Origin: Antedon mediterranea
Lineage: Eukaryota > Animalia > Echinodermata
Direction: 5' to 3'
Assembly: GCF_964355755.1 (NCBI RefSeq)
Contig: NC_092670.1
Location: forward strand, 28,322,388 to 28,386,387
DNA length: 64,000 nucleotides
Numbering within the stretch: position 1 is the first letter of the stretch; each line of letters begins with the position of its first letter. Made by a program: the position numbers and the translations under genes. Below the pieces are notes generated by a model that was not told the origin of the DNA, searched no databases, and was given only the letters and a program-made list of their open reading frames with translations. This document shows, piece after piece, positions 38,001-53,129 of this stretch.

Positions 38001-41000
38001 GGTGTTTTTATGGTAACGAGTTTTTTTGAATATCACAAAATGGTCTAAAATGTCTCCAAATGCGATTTGAAGCTTTTCTAAGCACTTTGGTGTTTTTATG
38101 TTTACAAGTTTTTTTCGAAAATCACAAAATGGTCTAAAACGGCTCCAAATGCGATTTGAAGCTATTCTAAGCACTTTGGTGTTTTTATGTTAACAAGTTT
38201 TTTCGAAAATCACAAAATGGTCTAAAATGTCTCCAAATGCGATTTGAAGCTTTTCTAAGCACTTTGGTGTTTTTATGTTTACAAGTTTTTTCGAAAATCA
38301 CAAAATGGTCTAAAACGGCTCCAAATGCGATTTGAAGCTATTTTAAGCACTTTGGTGTTTTTGTGTAACCAAGTTTTTTCGAAAATCACAAAAGGGTCTA
38401 AAATGTCTCAAAATGCGATTTGAAGCTATTCTGTACACTTTGATGTTTTTATGTTAACAAGTTTTTCGAAAGTCACAAAATGGTCTAAAACGTCTCCAAA
38501 TGCGATTTGAAGCTATTCTAAGCACTTTGGTGTTTTTATGTTAACAAGTTTTTTCGAAAATCACAAAATGCTCTAAAACGTCTCCAAATGCGATTTGAAG
38601 CTATTCTGTACACTTTACTGTTTTTTGTGAATAATTTTTGTCGAAATGCTCAAAATGGTCAAAAACGTTTTTAAATACGATATTAAGCTATTTTGTGCTC
38701 TTTGATGTTTTTGTGTGAAAAGTTTTATCGAAATGCTCCAAATGTTCTAAAACGGTTTCTAATGTGATTTTAAGCACTTTGATGTTTTTATGTTAACGAA
38801 TTTTTTCGAAAATCACAAAATGGTCTAAAATGTCTCCAAATGCGATTTCAAGCTATTCTTAGCACTTTGGTGTTTTTATGTTAACAAGTTTTTTCGAAAA
38901 TCACAAAATGGTCTAAAACGTCTCCAAATGCGATTTTAAGCTATTCTAAGCAATTTGGTGTTTTTATGTTAACAAGTTTTTTCGAAAATCACAAAATGGT
39001 CTAAAACGTCTCCAAATGCGATTTGAAGCTTTTCTAAGCTTACTTTGGTGTTTTTATGTTTAGGAGTTTTTTCGAAAATCACAAAATGGTCTAAAACGTC
39101 TCCAAATTCGATTTAAAGCTATTCTAAGCACTTTGGTGTTTTTATGTTAACAACTTTTTTAGAAAATCACAAAATGGTCTAAAACGGTTTCTAATGTGAT
39201 TTTAAGCACTTTGATGTTTTTATGTTAACAACTTTTTTAGAAAATCACAAAATGGTCTAAAACGTCTCCAAATGCGATTTGAAGCAATTCTAAGCACTTT
39301 GGTGTTTTTATGGTAACGAGTTTTTTTGAATATCACAAAATGGTCTAAAATGTCTCCAAATGCGATTTAAAGCTTTTCTAAGCACTTTGGTGTTTTTATG
39401 TTTACAAGTTTTTTTCGAAAATCACAAAATGGTCTAAAACGGCTCCAAATGCGATTTGAAGCTATTCTAAGCACTTTGGTGTTTTTATGTTAACAAGTTT
39501 TTTCGAAAATCACAAAATGGTCTAAAACGTCTCCAAATGCGATTTGAAGCTATTCTGTACACTTTGCTGTTTTGTGTGAATAATTTTTTGTCGAAATGCT
39601 CAAAATGGTCAAAAACGTTTTTAAAAACGATATTAAGCTATTTTGTGCTCTTTGATGTTTTTGTGTGAAAAGTTTTATCGAAATGCTCAAAATGATCTAA
39701 AACGGTTTCTAATGTGATTTTAAGCACTTTGATGTTTTTATGTTAACGAGTTTTTTCGAAAATCACAAAATGGTCTAAAATGTCTCCAAATGCGATTTCA
39801 AGCTATTCTTAGCACTTTGGTGTTTTTATGTTTACAAGTTTTTTCGAAAATCACAAAATGGTCTAAAACGTCGCCAAATGCGATTTGAAGCACTTTGGTG
39901 TTTTTATGGTAATTTATTTCGAAAATCACAAAATTGTCTAAAACATCTCCAAATGCGATTTTAAACTATTCTAAGCACTTTGGTGTTTTTATGTTAACAA
40001 GTTTTTTCGAAAATCACAAAATGGTCTAAAATGTCTCCAAATGTGATTTGAAGCTTTTCTAAGCACTTTGGTGTTTTTATGTTTACAAGTTTTTTCGAAA
40101 ATCACAAAATGGTCTAAAACGTCTCCAAATGCGATTTGAAGCTATTCTAAGCACTTTTGTGTTTTTATGTTAACAAGTTTTTTCGAAAATCACAAAATGG
40201 TCGAAAATGTCACAAAATGCGATTTGAAGCTATTCTGTACACTTTGCTGTTTTGTGTGAATAATTTTTTTCGAAAATCACAAAATGGTCGAAAATGTCAC
40301 AAAATGCGATTTTAAGCTATTCTAAGCACTTTGGTGTTTTTATGTTAACAAGTTTTTTCGAAAATCACAAAATGGTCTAAAACGTCTCCAAATGCGATTT
40401 GAAGCTATTCTGTACACTTTGCTGTTTTGTGAGAATAATTTTTGTCGAAATGCTCAAAATGGTCAAAAACGTTTTTAAATACGATATTAAGCTATTTTGT
40501 GCTCTTTGATGTTTTTGTGTGAAAAGTTTTATCGAAATGCTCAAAATGGTCTAAAACGGTTTCTAATGTGATTTTAAGCACTTTGATGTTTTTATGTTAA
40601 CAACTTTTTTAGAAAATTACAAAATGGTGTAAAACGTCTCCAAATGCGATTTGAAGCTATTCTAAGCAATTTGGTGTTTTTATGTTAACAAGTTTTTTCG
40701 AAAATCACAAAATGGTCTAAAACGTCTCCAAATGCGATTTGAAGCTATTCTAAGCACTTTTGTGTTTTTATGTTAACAAGTTTTTTCGAAAATCACAAAA
40801 TGGTCTAAAATGTCTCCAAATGCGATTTTAAGGTATTCTAAGCACTTTGGTGTTTTTATGTTAACAAGTTTTTTCGAAAATCACAAAATGGTCTAAAACG
40901 TCTACAAATGCGATTTGAAGCTATTCTAAGCACTTTGGTGTTTTTATGTTAACAAGTTTTTTCGAAAATCACAAAATGGTATAAAACGTCTCCAAATGCG

Positions 41001-44000
41001 ATTTGAAGATTTTCTAAGCACTTTGGTGTTTTTATGTTTACAAGTTTTTTCGAAAATCACAAAATGGTCTAAAACGTCTCCAAATGCGATTTGAAGCTAT
41101 TCTGTACACTTTGCTGTTTTGTGTGAATAATTTTGTCAAAATGCTCAAAATGGTCAAAAACGTTTTTAAATACTATATTAAGCTATTTTGTGTTCTTTGA
41201 TGTTTTTGTGTGAAAAGTTTTATCGAAATGCTCAAAATGGTCTAAAACGGTTTCTAATGAAATGATTTTAAGAACTTTGATGTTTTTATGTTAACAACTT
41301 TTTTAGAAAATCACAAAATGGTCTAAAACGTCTCCAAATGCGATTTGAAGCAATTCTAAGCACTTTGGTGTTTTTATGTTAACAAGTTTTTTCGAAAATC
41401 ACAAAATGGTATAAAACCTCTCCAAATGCGATTTTAAGGTATTCTAAGCACTTTGGTGTTTTTATGTTAACAAGTTTTTTCGAAAATCACAAAATGGTCT
41501 AAAACGTCTACAAATGCGATTTGAAGCTATTCTAAGCACTTTGGTGTTTTTATGTTAACAAGTTTTTTCGAAAATCACAAAATGGTCTAAAACGTCTCCA
41601 AATGCGATTTGAAGCTATTCTGTACACTTTGCTGTTTTGTGTGAATAATTTTTGTCGAAATGCTCAAAATGGTCAAAAACGTTTTTAAAAACGATATTAA
41701 GCTATTTTGTGCTCTTTGATGTTTTTGTGTGAAAAGTTTTATCGAAATGCTCAAAATGGTCTAAAACGGTTTCTAATGTGATTTTAAGCACTTTGATGTT
41801 TTTATGTTAACGAGTTTTTTCGAAAATCACAAAATGGTCTAAAATGTCTCCAAATGCGATTTCAAGCTATTCTTAGCACTTTGGTGTTTTTATGTTAACA
41901 ACTTTTTTAGAAAATTACAAAATGGTCTAAAACGTCTCCAAATGCGATTTGAAGCAATTCTAAGCACTTTGGTGTTTTTTATGTTAACAATTTTTTCGAA
42001 AATCACAAAATGGTCTAAAACGTCTCCAAAATGCGATTTGAAGCTATTCTAAGGACTTTGGTGTTTTTATGTTAACAAGTTTTTTCGAAAATCACAAAAT
42101 GGTATAAAACGTCTCCAAATGCGATTTTAAGGTATTTTAAGCACTTTGATGTTTTTATGTTAACGAGTTTTTTCGAAAATCACAAAATGGTCTAAAACGT
42201 CTCCAAATGCGATTTGAAGCTATTCTAAGCACTTTGGTGTTTTTATGTTAACAAGTTTTTTCGAAAATCACAAAATGGTATAAAACGTTTCCAAATGCGA
42301 TTTTAAGCTATTCTAAGCACTTTTGTGTTTTTATGTTAACAAGTTTTTTCGAAAATCACAAAATGGTCTAAAATGTCTCAAAATGCGATTTGAAGCTATT
42401 CTGTACACTTTGATGTTTTTATGTTAACAAGTTTTTCGAAAGTCACAAAATGGTCTAAAACGTCTCCAAATGCGATTTGAAGCTATTTTAAGCACTTTGG
42501 TGTTTTTGTGGAACCAAGTTTTTTCGAAAATCACAAAAGGGTCTATAATGTCTCAAAAAGCGATTTGAAGCTATTCTGTACACTTTGATGTTTTTATGTT
42601 AACAAGTTTTTTCGAAAATCACAAAATGGTCTAAAACGTCTCCAAATGCGATTTGAAGCTATTCTGTACACTTTGCTGTTTAGTGTGAATAATTTTTGTC
42701 AAAATGCTCAAAATGGTCAAAAACGTTTTTAAATACTATATTAAGCTATTTTGTGCTCTTTGATGTTTTTATGTTAACAAGTTTTTTCGAAAATCACAAA
42801 ATGGTCTAAAACGTCTCTAAATGCGATTTGAAGCTATTCTAAGCACTTTGGTGTTTTTATGTTAACAAGTTTTTTCGAAAATCACAAAATGGTCTAAAAC
42901 GTCTTCAAATGCGATTTGAAGCTATTCTGTACACTTTGATGTTTTGTGTGAAAAGGTTTTATCGAAATGCTCAAAATGGTCTAAAACGGTTTCTAATGTG
43001 ATTTTAAGCACTTTGATGTTTTTATGTTAACAACTTTTTTAGAAAATCACAAAATGGTCTAAAACGTCTCCAAATGCGATTTGAAGCAATTATAAGCACT
43101 TTGGTGTTTTTATGGTAACGAGTTATTTCGAAAATCACAAAATGGTCTAAAACGTCTCCAAATGCGATTTTAAGAAATTCTAAGCACTTTGGTGTTTTTA
43201 TGTTAACAAGTTTTTTCGAAAATCACAAAATGGTCTAAAACGTCTCCAAATGCGATTTGAAGCTATTTTAAGCACTTTGGTGTTTTTGTGTAACCAAGTT
43301 TTTTCGAAAATCACAAAATGGTCTAAAACGTCTCCAAATTCGATTTGAAGCTATTCTGTACACTTTGCTGTTTTGTGTGAATAATTTTTGTCGAAATGCT
43401 CAAAATTGTCAAAAACGTTTTAAATACGATATTAAGCTATTTTGTGCTCTTTGATGTTTTTGTGTGAAAAGTTTTATCGAAATGCTCAAAATGGTCTAAA
43501 ACGGTTTCTAATGTGATTTTAAGCACTTTGGTGTTTTTATGTTAACAAGTTTTTTCGAAAATCACAAAATGGTCTAAAACGTCTCCAAATGTGATTTGAA
43601 GCTATTCTAAACACTTTGGTGTTTTTATGTTAACAAGTTTTTTCGAAAATCACAAATTGGTCTAAAACGTCTCCAAATACGATTTGAAGCTATTTTAAGC
43701 ACTTTGGTGTTTTTGTGTAACCAAATTTTTTCGAAAATCACAAAAGGGTCTAAAATGTCTCAAAATGCGATTTGAAGCTATTCTGTACACTTTGATGTTT
43801 TTATGTTAACAAGTTTTTTCGAAAGTCACAAAATTGTCTAAAACGTCTCCAAAATGCGATTTGAAGCTATTCTAAGCACTTTGGTGTTTTTATGTTAACA
43901 AGTTTTTTCGAAAATCACAAAATGGTATAAAACGTCTCCAAATGCGATTTTAAGGTATTTTAAGCACTTTGATGTTTTTATGTTAACGAGTTTTTTCGAA

Positions 44001-47000
44001 AATCACAAAATGGTCTAAAACGTCTCCAAATGCGATTTGAAGCAATTATAAGCACTTTGGTGTTTTTATGGTAACGAGTTATTTCGAAAATCACAAAATG
44101 GTCTAAAATGTCTCCAAATGCGATTTCAAGCTATTCTTAGCACTTTGGTGTTTTTATGTTAACAAGTTTTTTCGAAAATCACAAAAGGGTCTAAAACGTC
44201 TCCAAATGCGATTTGAAGCTATTCTAAGCAATTTGGTGTTTTTGTGTAACCAAGTTTTTTCGAAAATCACAAAAGGGTCTAAAATGTCTCAAAATGCGAT
44301 TTGAAGCTATTCTGTACACTTTGATGTTTTTATGTTAACAAGTTTTTTCGAAAGTCACAAAATGGTCTAAAACGTCTCCAAATGCGATTTGAAGCTATTC
44401 TAAGCACTTTGGTGTTTTTATGTTAAGAAGTTTTTTCGAAAATCACAAAATGGTGTAAAACGTCTCCAAATGCGATTTGAAGCTATTCTAAGCACTTTGG
44501 TGTTTTTATGTTAACAAGTTTTTTCGAAAATCACAAAATGGTCTAAAACGTCTCCAAATGGGATTTGAAGCTATTTTAAGCACTTTGGTGTTTTTGTGGA
44601 ACCAAATTTTTTCGAAATTCACAAAAGGGTCTATAATGTCTCAAAAAGCGATTTGAAGCTATTCTGTACACTTTGATGTTTTTATGTTAACAAGTTTTTT
44701 CGAAAATCACAAAATGCTCTAAAACGTCTCCAAATGCGATTTGAAGCTATTCTAAGCACTTTGGTGTTTTTATGTTAACAAGTTTTTTCGAAAATCACAA
44801 AATGGTATAAAACGTCTCCAAATGCGATTTTAAGGTATTCTAAGCACTTTGGTGTTTTTATGTTAACAAGTTTTTTCGAAAATCACAAAATGGTCTAAAA
44901 CGTCTCCAAATGCGATTTGAAGCTATTCTGTACACTTTGCTGTTTTGTGTGAATAATTTTTGTTAAAATGCTCAAAATGGTCAAAAACTTTTTTAAATAC
45001 TATATTAAGCTATTTTGTGTTCTTTGATGTTTTTGTGTGAAAAGTTTTATCGAAATGCTCAAAATGGTCTAAAACGGTTTCTAATGTGATTTTAAGCACT
45101 TTGGTGTTTTTATGTTAACAAGTTTTTTTCAAAAATCACAAAATGGTCTAAAACGTCTACAAATGTGATTTGAAGCTATTCTAAACACTTTGGTGTTTTT
45201 ATGTTAACAAGTTTTTTCGAAAATCACAAATTGGTCTAAAACGTCTCCAAATGCGATTTGAAGCTATTTTAAGCACTTTGGTGTTTTTGTGTAACCAAGT
45301 TTTTTTCGAAAATCACAAAAGGGTCTAAAATGTCTCAAAATGCGATTTGAAGCTATTCTGTACACTTTGATGTTTTTATGTTAACACGTTTTTTCGAAAA
45401 TCACAAAATGGTCTAAAACGTCTCCAAATGCGATTTGAAGCTATTCTAAGCACTTTGGTGTTTTTATGGTAATTTATTTCGAAAATCACAAAATGGTCTA
45501 AAATGTCTCCAAATGCGATTTGAAGCTTTTCTAAGCACTTTGGTGTTTTTATGTTTACAAGTTTTTTCGAAAATCACAAAATGGTCTAAAACGGCTCCAA
45601 ATGCGATTTGAAGCTATTCTAAGCACTTTGGTGTTTTTATGGTAATTTATTTCGAAAATCACAAAATGGTCTAAAATGTCTCCAAATGCGATTTGAAGCT
45701 TTTCTAAGCACTTTGGTGTTTTTATGTTTACAAGTTTTTTCGAAAATCACAAAATGGTCTAAAACGGCTCCAAATACGATTTGAAGCTATTCTAAGCACT
45801 TTGGTGTTTTTATGTTAACAAGTTTTTTCGAAAATCACAAAATGGTCTAAAACGTCTCCAAATGTGATTTGAAGCTATTCTAAGCACTTTGGTGTTTTTA
45901 TGTTAACAAGTTTTTTCGAAAATCACAAAATGGTGTAAAACGTCTTCAAATGCGATTTGAAGCTATTCTAAGCAATTTTGTGTTTTTATGTGAACAAGTT
46001 TTTTCGAAAATCACAAAATGGTCTAAAACGTCTCCAAATGCGATTTGAAGCTATTCTAAGCACTTTTGTGTTTTTATGTTAACAAGTTTTTTCGAAAATC
46101 ACAAAATGGTCTAAAATGTCTCCAAATGCGATTTGAAGCTTTTCTAAGCACTTTGGTGTTTTTATGTTTACAAGTTTTTTCGAAAATCAAAAAATGTCTA
46201 TAATGTCTCAAAATGCGATTTGAAGCTATTCTGTACACTTTGATGTTTTTATGTTAACAAGTTTTTCGAAAATCACAAAATGGTCTAAAACGTCTCCAAA
46301 TGCGATTTGAAGCTATTCTGTACACTTTGCTGTTTTGTGTGAATAATTTTTGTCAAAATGCTCAAAATGGTCAAAAACGTTTTTAAATACTATTTTGTGT
46401 TCTTTGATGTTTTTGTGTGAAAAGTTTTATCGAAATACTCAAAATGGTCTAAAACGGTTTCTAATGTGATTTTAAGAACTTTGATGTTTTTATGTTAACA
46501 ACTTTTTTAGAAAATCACAAAATGGTCTAAAACGTCTCCAAATGCGATTTGAAGCAATTCTAAGCACTTTGGTGTTTTTATGTTAACAAGTTTTTTCGAA
46601 AATCACAAAATGGTCTAAAACGTCTCCAAATGCGATTTGAAGCTATTCTAAGCACTTTGGTGTTTTTATGTTAACAAGTTTTTTCGAAAATCACAAAATG
46701 GTCTAAAACGTCTCCAAATGCGATTTGAAGCTATTCTAAGCACTTTGGTGTTTTTATGTTAACAAGTTTTTTCGAAAATCACAAAATGGTATAAAACGTT
46801 TCCAAATGCGATTTTAAGCTATTCTAAGCAATTTGGTGTTTTTATGTTAACAAGTTTTTTCGAAAATCACAAAATGGTCGAAAATGTCACAAAATGCGAT
46901 TTGAAGCTATTCTAAGCACTTTGGTGTTTTTATGTTAACAAGTTTTTTTGAAAATCACAAAATGGTCTAAAATGTCTCAAAATGCGATTTGAAGCTATTC

Positions 47001-50000
47001 TGTACACTTTGCTGTTTTGTGTGAATAATTTTTTTCGAAAATCACAAAATGGTGTTAAACGTCTCCAAATGTGATTTGAAGCTATTCTAAGCACTTTGGT
47101 GTTTTTATGTTAACAAGTTTTTTCGAAAATCACAAAATGGTGTAAAACGTTTCCAAATGCGATTTTAAGCTATTCCAAGCAATTTGGTGTTTTTATGTTA
47201 ACAAGTTTTTTCGAAAATCACAAAATGGTCTAAAACGTCTCCAAATGCGATTTGAAGCTATTCTAAGCACTTTTGTGTTTTTATGTTAACAAGTTTTTTT
47301 CGAAAATCACACAATGGTATAAAACGTCTCCAAATGCGATTTTAAGCTATTCTAAGCAATTTGGTGTTTTTATGTTAACAAGTTTTTTCGAAAATCACAA
47401 AATGGTCGAAAATGTCACAAAATGCGATTTTAAGCTATTCTAAGCACTTTGGTGTTTTTATGTTAACAAGTTTTTTCGAAAATCACAAAATGGTCTAAAA
47501 CGTCTCCAAATGCGATTTGAAGCTATTCTGTACACTTTGCTGTTTTGTGTGAATAATTTTTGTCGAAATGCTCAAAATGGTCAAAAACGTTTTTAAATAC
47601 GATATTAAGCTATTTTGTGCTCTTTGATGTTTTTGTGTGAAAAGTTTTATCGAAATGCTCAAAATGGTCTAAAACGGTTTCTAATGTGATTTTAAGCACT
47701 TTGGTGTTTTTATGTTAACAAGTTTTTTCGAAAATCACAAAATGGTCTAAAACGTCTCCAAATGTGATTTGAAGCTATTCTAAGCACTTTGGTGTTTTTA
47801 TGTTAACAAGTTTTTTCGAAAATCACAAAATGGTGTAAAACGTCTTCAAATGCGATTTGAAGCTATTCTAAGCAATTATGTGTTTTTATGTGAACAAGTT
47901 TTTTCGAAAATCACAAAATGGTCTAAAACGTCTCCAAATGCGATTTGAAGCTATTCTAAGCACTTTTGTGTTTTTATGTTAACAAGTTTTTTCGAAAATC
48001 ACAAAATGGTCTAAAATGTCTCCAAATGCGATTTGAAGCTTTTCTAAGCACTTTGGTGTTTTTATGTTTACAAGTTTTTTCGAAAATCACAAAATGTCTA
48101 TAATGTCTCAAAATGCGATTTGAAGCTATTCTGTACACTTTGATGTTTTTATGTTAACAAGTTTTTCGAAAATCACAAAATGGTCTAAAACGTCTCCAAA
48201 TGCGATTTGAAGCTATTCTGTACACTTTGCTGTTTTGTGTGAATAATTTTTGTCAAAATGCTCAAAATGGTCAAAAACGTTTTTAAATACTATTTTGTGT
48301 TCTTTGATGTTTTTGTGTGAAAAGTTTTATCGAAATACTCAAAATGGTCTAAAACGGTTTCTAATGTGATTTTAAGAACTTTGATGTTTTTATGTTAACA
48401 ACTTTTTTAGAAAATCACAAAATGGTCTAAAACGTCTCCAAATGCGATTTGAAGCAATTCTAAGCACTTTGGTGTTTTTATGTTAAAAAGTTTTTTCGAA
48501 AATCACAAAATGGTCTAAAACGTCTCCAAATGCGATTTGAAGCTATTCTAAGCACTTTGGTGTTTTTATGTTAACAAGTTTTTTCGAAAATCACAAAATG
48601 GTCTAAAACGTCTCCAAATGCGATTTGAAGCTATTCTAAGCACTTTGGTGTTTTTATGTTAACAAGTTTTTTCGAAAATCACAAAATGGTATAAAACGTT
48701 TCCAAATGCGATTTTAAGCTATTCTAAGCAATTTGGTGTTTTTATGTTAACAAGTTTTTTCGAAAATCACAAAATGGTCGAAAATGTCACAAAATGCGAT
48801 TTGAAGCTATTCTAAGCACTTTGGTGTTTTTATGTTAACAAGTTTTTTTGAAAATCACAAAATGGTCTAAAATGTCTCAAAATGCGATTTGAAGCTATTC
48901 TGTACACTTTGCTGTTTTGTGTGAATAATTTTTTTCGAAAATCACAAAATGGTGTTAAACGTCTCCAAATGTGATTTGAAGCTATTCTAAGCACTTTGGT
49001 GTTTTTATGTTAACAAGTTTTTTCGAAAATCACAAAATGGTGTAAAACGTTTCCAAATGCGATTTTAAGCTATTCCAAGCAATTTGGTGTTTTTATGTTA
49101 ACAAGTTTTTTCGAAAATCACAAAATGGTCTAAAACGTCTCCAAATGCGATTTGAAGCTATTCTAAGCACTTTTGTGTTTTTATGTTAACAAGTTTTTTT
49201 CGAAAATCACACAATGGTATAAAACGTCTCCAAATGCGATTTTAAGCTATTCTAAGCAATTTGGTGTTTTTATGTTAACAAGTTTTTTCGAAAATCACAA
49301 AATGGTCGAAAATGTCACAAAATGCGATTTTAAGCTATTCTAAGCACTTTGGTGTTTTTATGTTAACAAGTTTTTTCGAAAATCACAAAATGGTCTAAAA
49401 CGTCTCCAAATGCGATTTGAAGCTATTCTGTACACTTTGCTGTTTTGTGTGAATAATTTTTGTCGAAATGCTCAAAATGGTCAAAAACGTTTTTAAATAC
49501 GATATTAAGCTATTTTGTGCTCTTTGATGTTTTTGTGTGAAAAGTTTTATCGAAATGCTCAAAATGGTCTAAAACGGTTTCTAATGTGATTTTAAGCACT
49601 TTGGTGTTTTTATGTTAACAAGTTTTTTCGAAAATCACAAAATGGTCTAAAACGTCTCCAAATGTGATTTGAAGCTATTCTAAGCACTTTGGTGTTTTTA
49701 TGTTAACAAGTTTTTTCGAAAATCACAAAATGGTGTAAAACGTCTTCAAATGCGATTTGAAGCTATTCTAAGCAATTATGTGTTTTTATGTGAACAAGTT
49801 TTTTCGAAAATCACAAAATGGTCTAAAACGTCTCCAAATGCGATTTGAAGCTATTCTAAGCACTTTTGTGTTTTTATGTTAACAAGTTTTTTCGAAAATC
49901 ACAAAATGGTCTAAAATGTCTCCAAATGCGATTTGAAGCTTTTCTAAGCACTTTGGTGTTTTTATGTTTACAAGTTTTTTCGAAAATCACAAAATGTCTA

Positions 50001-51900
50001 TAATGTCTCAAAATGCGATTTGAAGCTATTCTGTACACTTTGATGTTTTTATGTTAACAAGTTTTTCGAAAATCACAAAATGGTCTAAAACGTCTCCAAA
50101 TGCGATTTGAAGCTATTCTGTACACTTTGCTGTTTTGTGTGAATAATTTTTGTCAAATTGCTCAAAATGGTCAAAAACGTTTTTAAATACTATTTTGTGT
50201 TCTTTGATGTTTTTGTGTGAAAAGTTTTATCGAAATACTCAAAATGGTCTAAAACGGTTTCTAATGTGATTTTAAGAACTTTGATGTTTTTATGTTAACA
50301 ACTTTTTTAGAAAATCACAAAATGGTCTAAAACGTCTCCAAATGCGATTTGAAGCAATTCTAAGCACTTTGGTGTTTTTATGTTAACAAGTTTTTTCGAA
50401 AATCACAAAATGGTCTAAAACGTCTCCAAATGCGATTTGAAGCTATTCTAAGCACTTTGGTGTTTTTATGTTAACAAGTTTTTTCGAAAATCACAAAATG
50501 GTCTAAAACGTCTCCAAATGCGATTTGAAGCTATTCTAAGCACTTTGGTGTTTTTATGTTAACAAGTTTTTTCGAAAATCACAAAATGGTATAAAACGTT
50601 TCCAAATGCGATTTTAAGCTATTCTAAGCAATTTGGTGTTTTTATGTTAACAAGTTTTTTCGAAAATCACAAAATGGTCGAAAATGTCACAAAATGCGAT
50701 TTGAAGCTATTCTAAGCACTTTGGTGTTTTTATGTTAACAAGTTTTTTTGAAAATCACAAAATGGTCTAAAATGTCTCAAAATGCGATTTGAAGCTATTC
50801 TGTACACTTTGCTGTTTTGTGTGAATAATTTTTTTCGAAAATCACAAAATGGTGTTAAACGTCTCCAAATGTGATTTGAAGCTATTCTAAGCACTTTGGT
50901 GTTTTTATGTTAACAAGTTTTTTCGAAAATCACAAAATGGTGTAAAACGTTTCCAAATGCGATTTTAAGCTATTCCAAGCAATTTGGTGTTTTTATGTTA
51001 ACAAGTTTTTTCGAAAATCACAAAATGGTCTAAAACGTCTCCAAATGCGATTTGAAGCTATTCTAAGCACTTTTGTGTTTTTATGTTAACAAGTTTTTTT
51101 CGAAAATCACACAATGGTATAAAACGTCTCCAAATGCGATTTTAAGCTATTCTAAGCAATTTGGTGTTTTTATGTTAACAAGTTTTTTCGAAAATCACAA
51201 AATGGTCGAAAATGTCACAAAATGCGATTTTAAGCTATTCTAAGCACTTTGGTGTTTTTATTTTAACAAGTTTTTTCGAAAATCACAAAATGGTCTAAAA
51301 CGTCTCCAAATGCGATTTGAAGCTATTCTGTACACTTTGCTGTTTTGTGTGAATAATTTTTGTCGAAATGCTCAAAATGGTCAAAAACGTTTTTAAATAC
51401 GATATTAAGCTATTTTGTGCTCTTTGATGTTTTTGTGTGAAAAGTTTTATCGAAATGCTCAAAATGGTCTAAAACGGTTTCTAATGTGATTTTAAGCACT
51501 TTGGTGTTTTTATGTTAACAAGTTTTTTCGAAAATCACAAAATGGTCTAAAACGTCTCCAAATGTGATTTGAAGCTATTCTAAACACTTTGGTGTTTTTA
51601 TGTTAACAAGTTTTTTCGAAAATCACAAATTGGTCTAAAACGTCTCCAAATGCGATTTGAAGCTATTTTAAGCACTTTGGTGTTTTTGTGTAACCAAGTT
51701 TTTTCGAAAATCACAAAAGGGTCTAAAATGTCTCAAAATGCGATTTGAAGCTATTCTGTACACTTTGATGTTTTTATGTTAACAAGTTTTTTCGAAAGTC
51801 ACAAAATGGTCTAAAACGTCTCCAAATGCGATTTGAAGCTATTCTAAGCACTTTGGTGTTTTTATGTTAACAAGTTTTTTCGAAAATCACAAAATGGTGT
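32004..51900. repeat. 88-bp satellite array (includes a 1386-bp local duplication at ~35528-38300 and the 3x1900-bp HOR at ~45810-51575)
   Basis: Same consensus; ggtaatttatttc at 35593 and 36979; ORF offsets 36534/37920. Confidence 0.97.
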
Positions 51901-52459
51901 TGTAGCAGACCTACCACATAGCTTTTAAACAATTCAACATTTACTTTTAATTTGATTATTTATACATCCTCTATATATCTCTTTACCTCACATTGACAGG
52001 TTACCTTCCTGTTACCTTCACTTTTCTAGCTAATGGATTTTAAGAATGTTAATGACTCTAACAGAAAACCACATTAATTCTCTTAATCCTAATTGGTCAG
52101 ATGAGATGGGCCAAGCCCAATATTACCATGCACTGACCACATTATTAACACACTCTTTTCTCAACCAGCATCTTAGCTACACCGTTTATTGCTCTGTCTT
52201 ATCAAATATTGTATATTGTATATTTTATCTATTTATTGAGAATCCTCACTTGATTCACTTGGAATAAATTGCATAGTTTACTGTATACATTTAGTAGTTG
52301 TTTTGTTTTACCGTTGCGCCGACAATTACTAAAGTGGTGACCCCGACTAAGGAAGCATGGAACTAAAGTGGTGACACCCGACTAAAGAAGCATGGAACTG
52401 AGAGTGTCATTCATCCATACTAAAGTGGTGTCCCTCGACTTTCTTATACCGTCGTTTAA

Positions 52460-52834
52460 ATGGAAGGACAACAGCAACAACGACAGCTACCGCAACCTCC
52501 AGCACAACCCCAGCACCAGGAACAACCTGTGGTGCCCGCTTCTGACGCAGCAACCGTCAACAGGCCAATTTCTTCTCTAGCATTGAAACTGCTTCCATAC
52601 TGGCCCAATGATACGATATTGTGGTTCACCCAAGTCGAAGCACAGTTCACAATGCGTGGGATCACAGCAGATGCTACTAAATATGCTTACTTAGTAGAAT
52701 CATCGCAACCTGAAATTGCGCAGGGAGTTCGGGATCTATTTCTCACCCCGCCTACTGATAACAGGTATGTGAACTTCAAAGATACTTTAATACGTCGGAC
52801 AACTGCTTCCGACCAACAGCGCCTCCGCCAACTC
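52460..52834 (+). pseudogene. gag: gag N-terminal fragment; copy B
   Basis: Identical translation to the 21946 copy. Confidence 0.85.
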
Positions 52835-53129
52835 TTCTCACCCATCCGCAGCCAGATGCACCTTTAAGTATCATGGTTTCGGATGTGGCCATAGGGGGTA
52901 TACTACAACAAACGCATTGACAACAATTGTCAACCTATTTCATTTTTCTCACAGAAGTTGAAACCAGCGCAGACGCGATACAGCACATTTGGTCGTGAAC
53001 TTTTGGCGGCATACCTTTCAGTTAAACATTTTCGTCATTCACTTGAAGGACGCTTATTTCATATTTTTACTGACCATAAGCCACTTATGTATGCTTTACT
53101 CGCCAAACCAAATCGTCACTCGCCACGCG
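52835..53129 (+). pseudogene. pol: pol RNase H fragment; copy B
   Basis: Same as 22321-22615. Confidence 0.9.
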
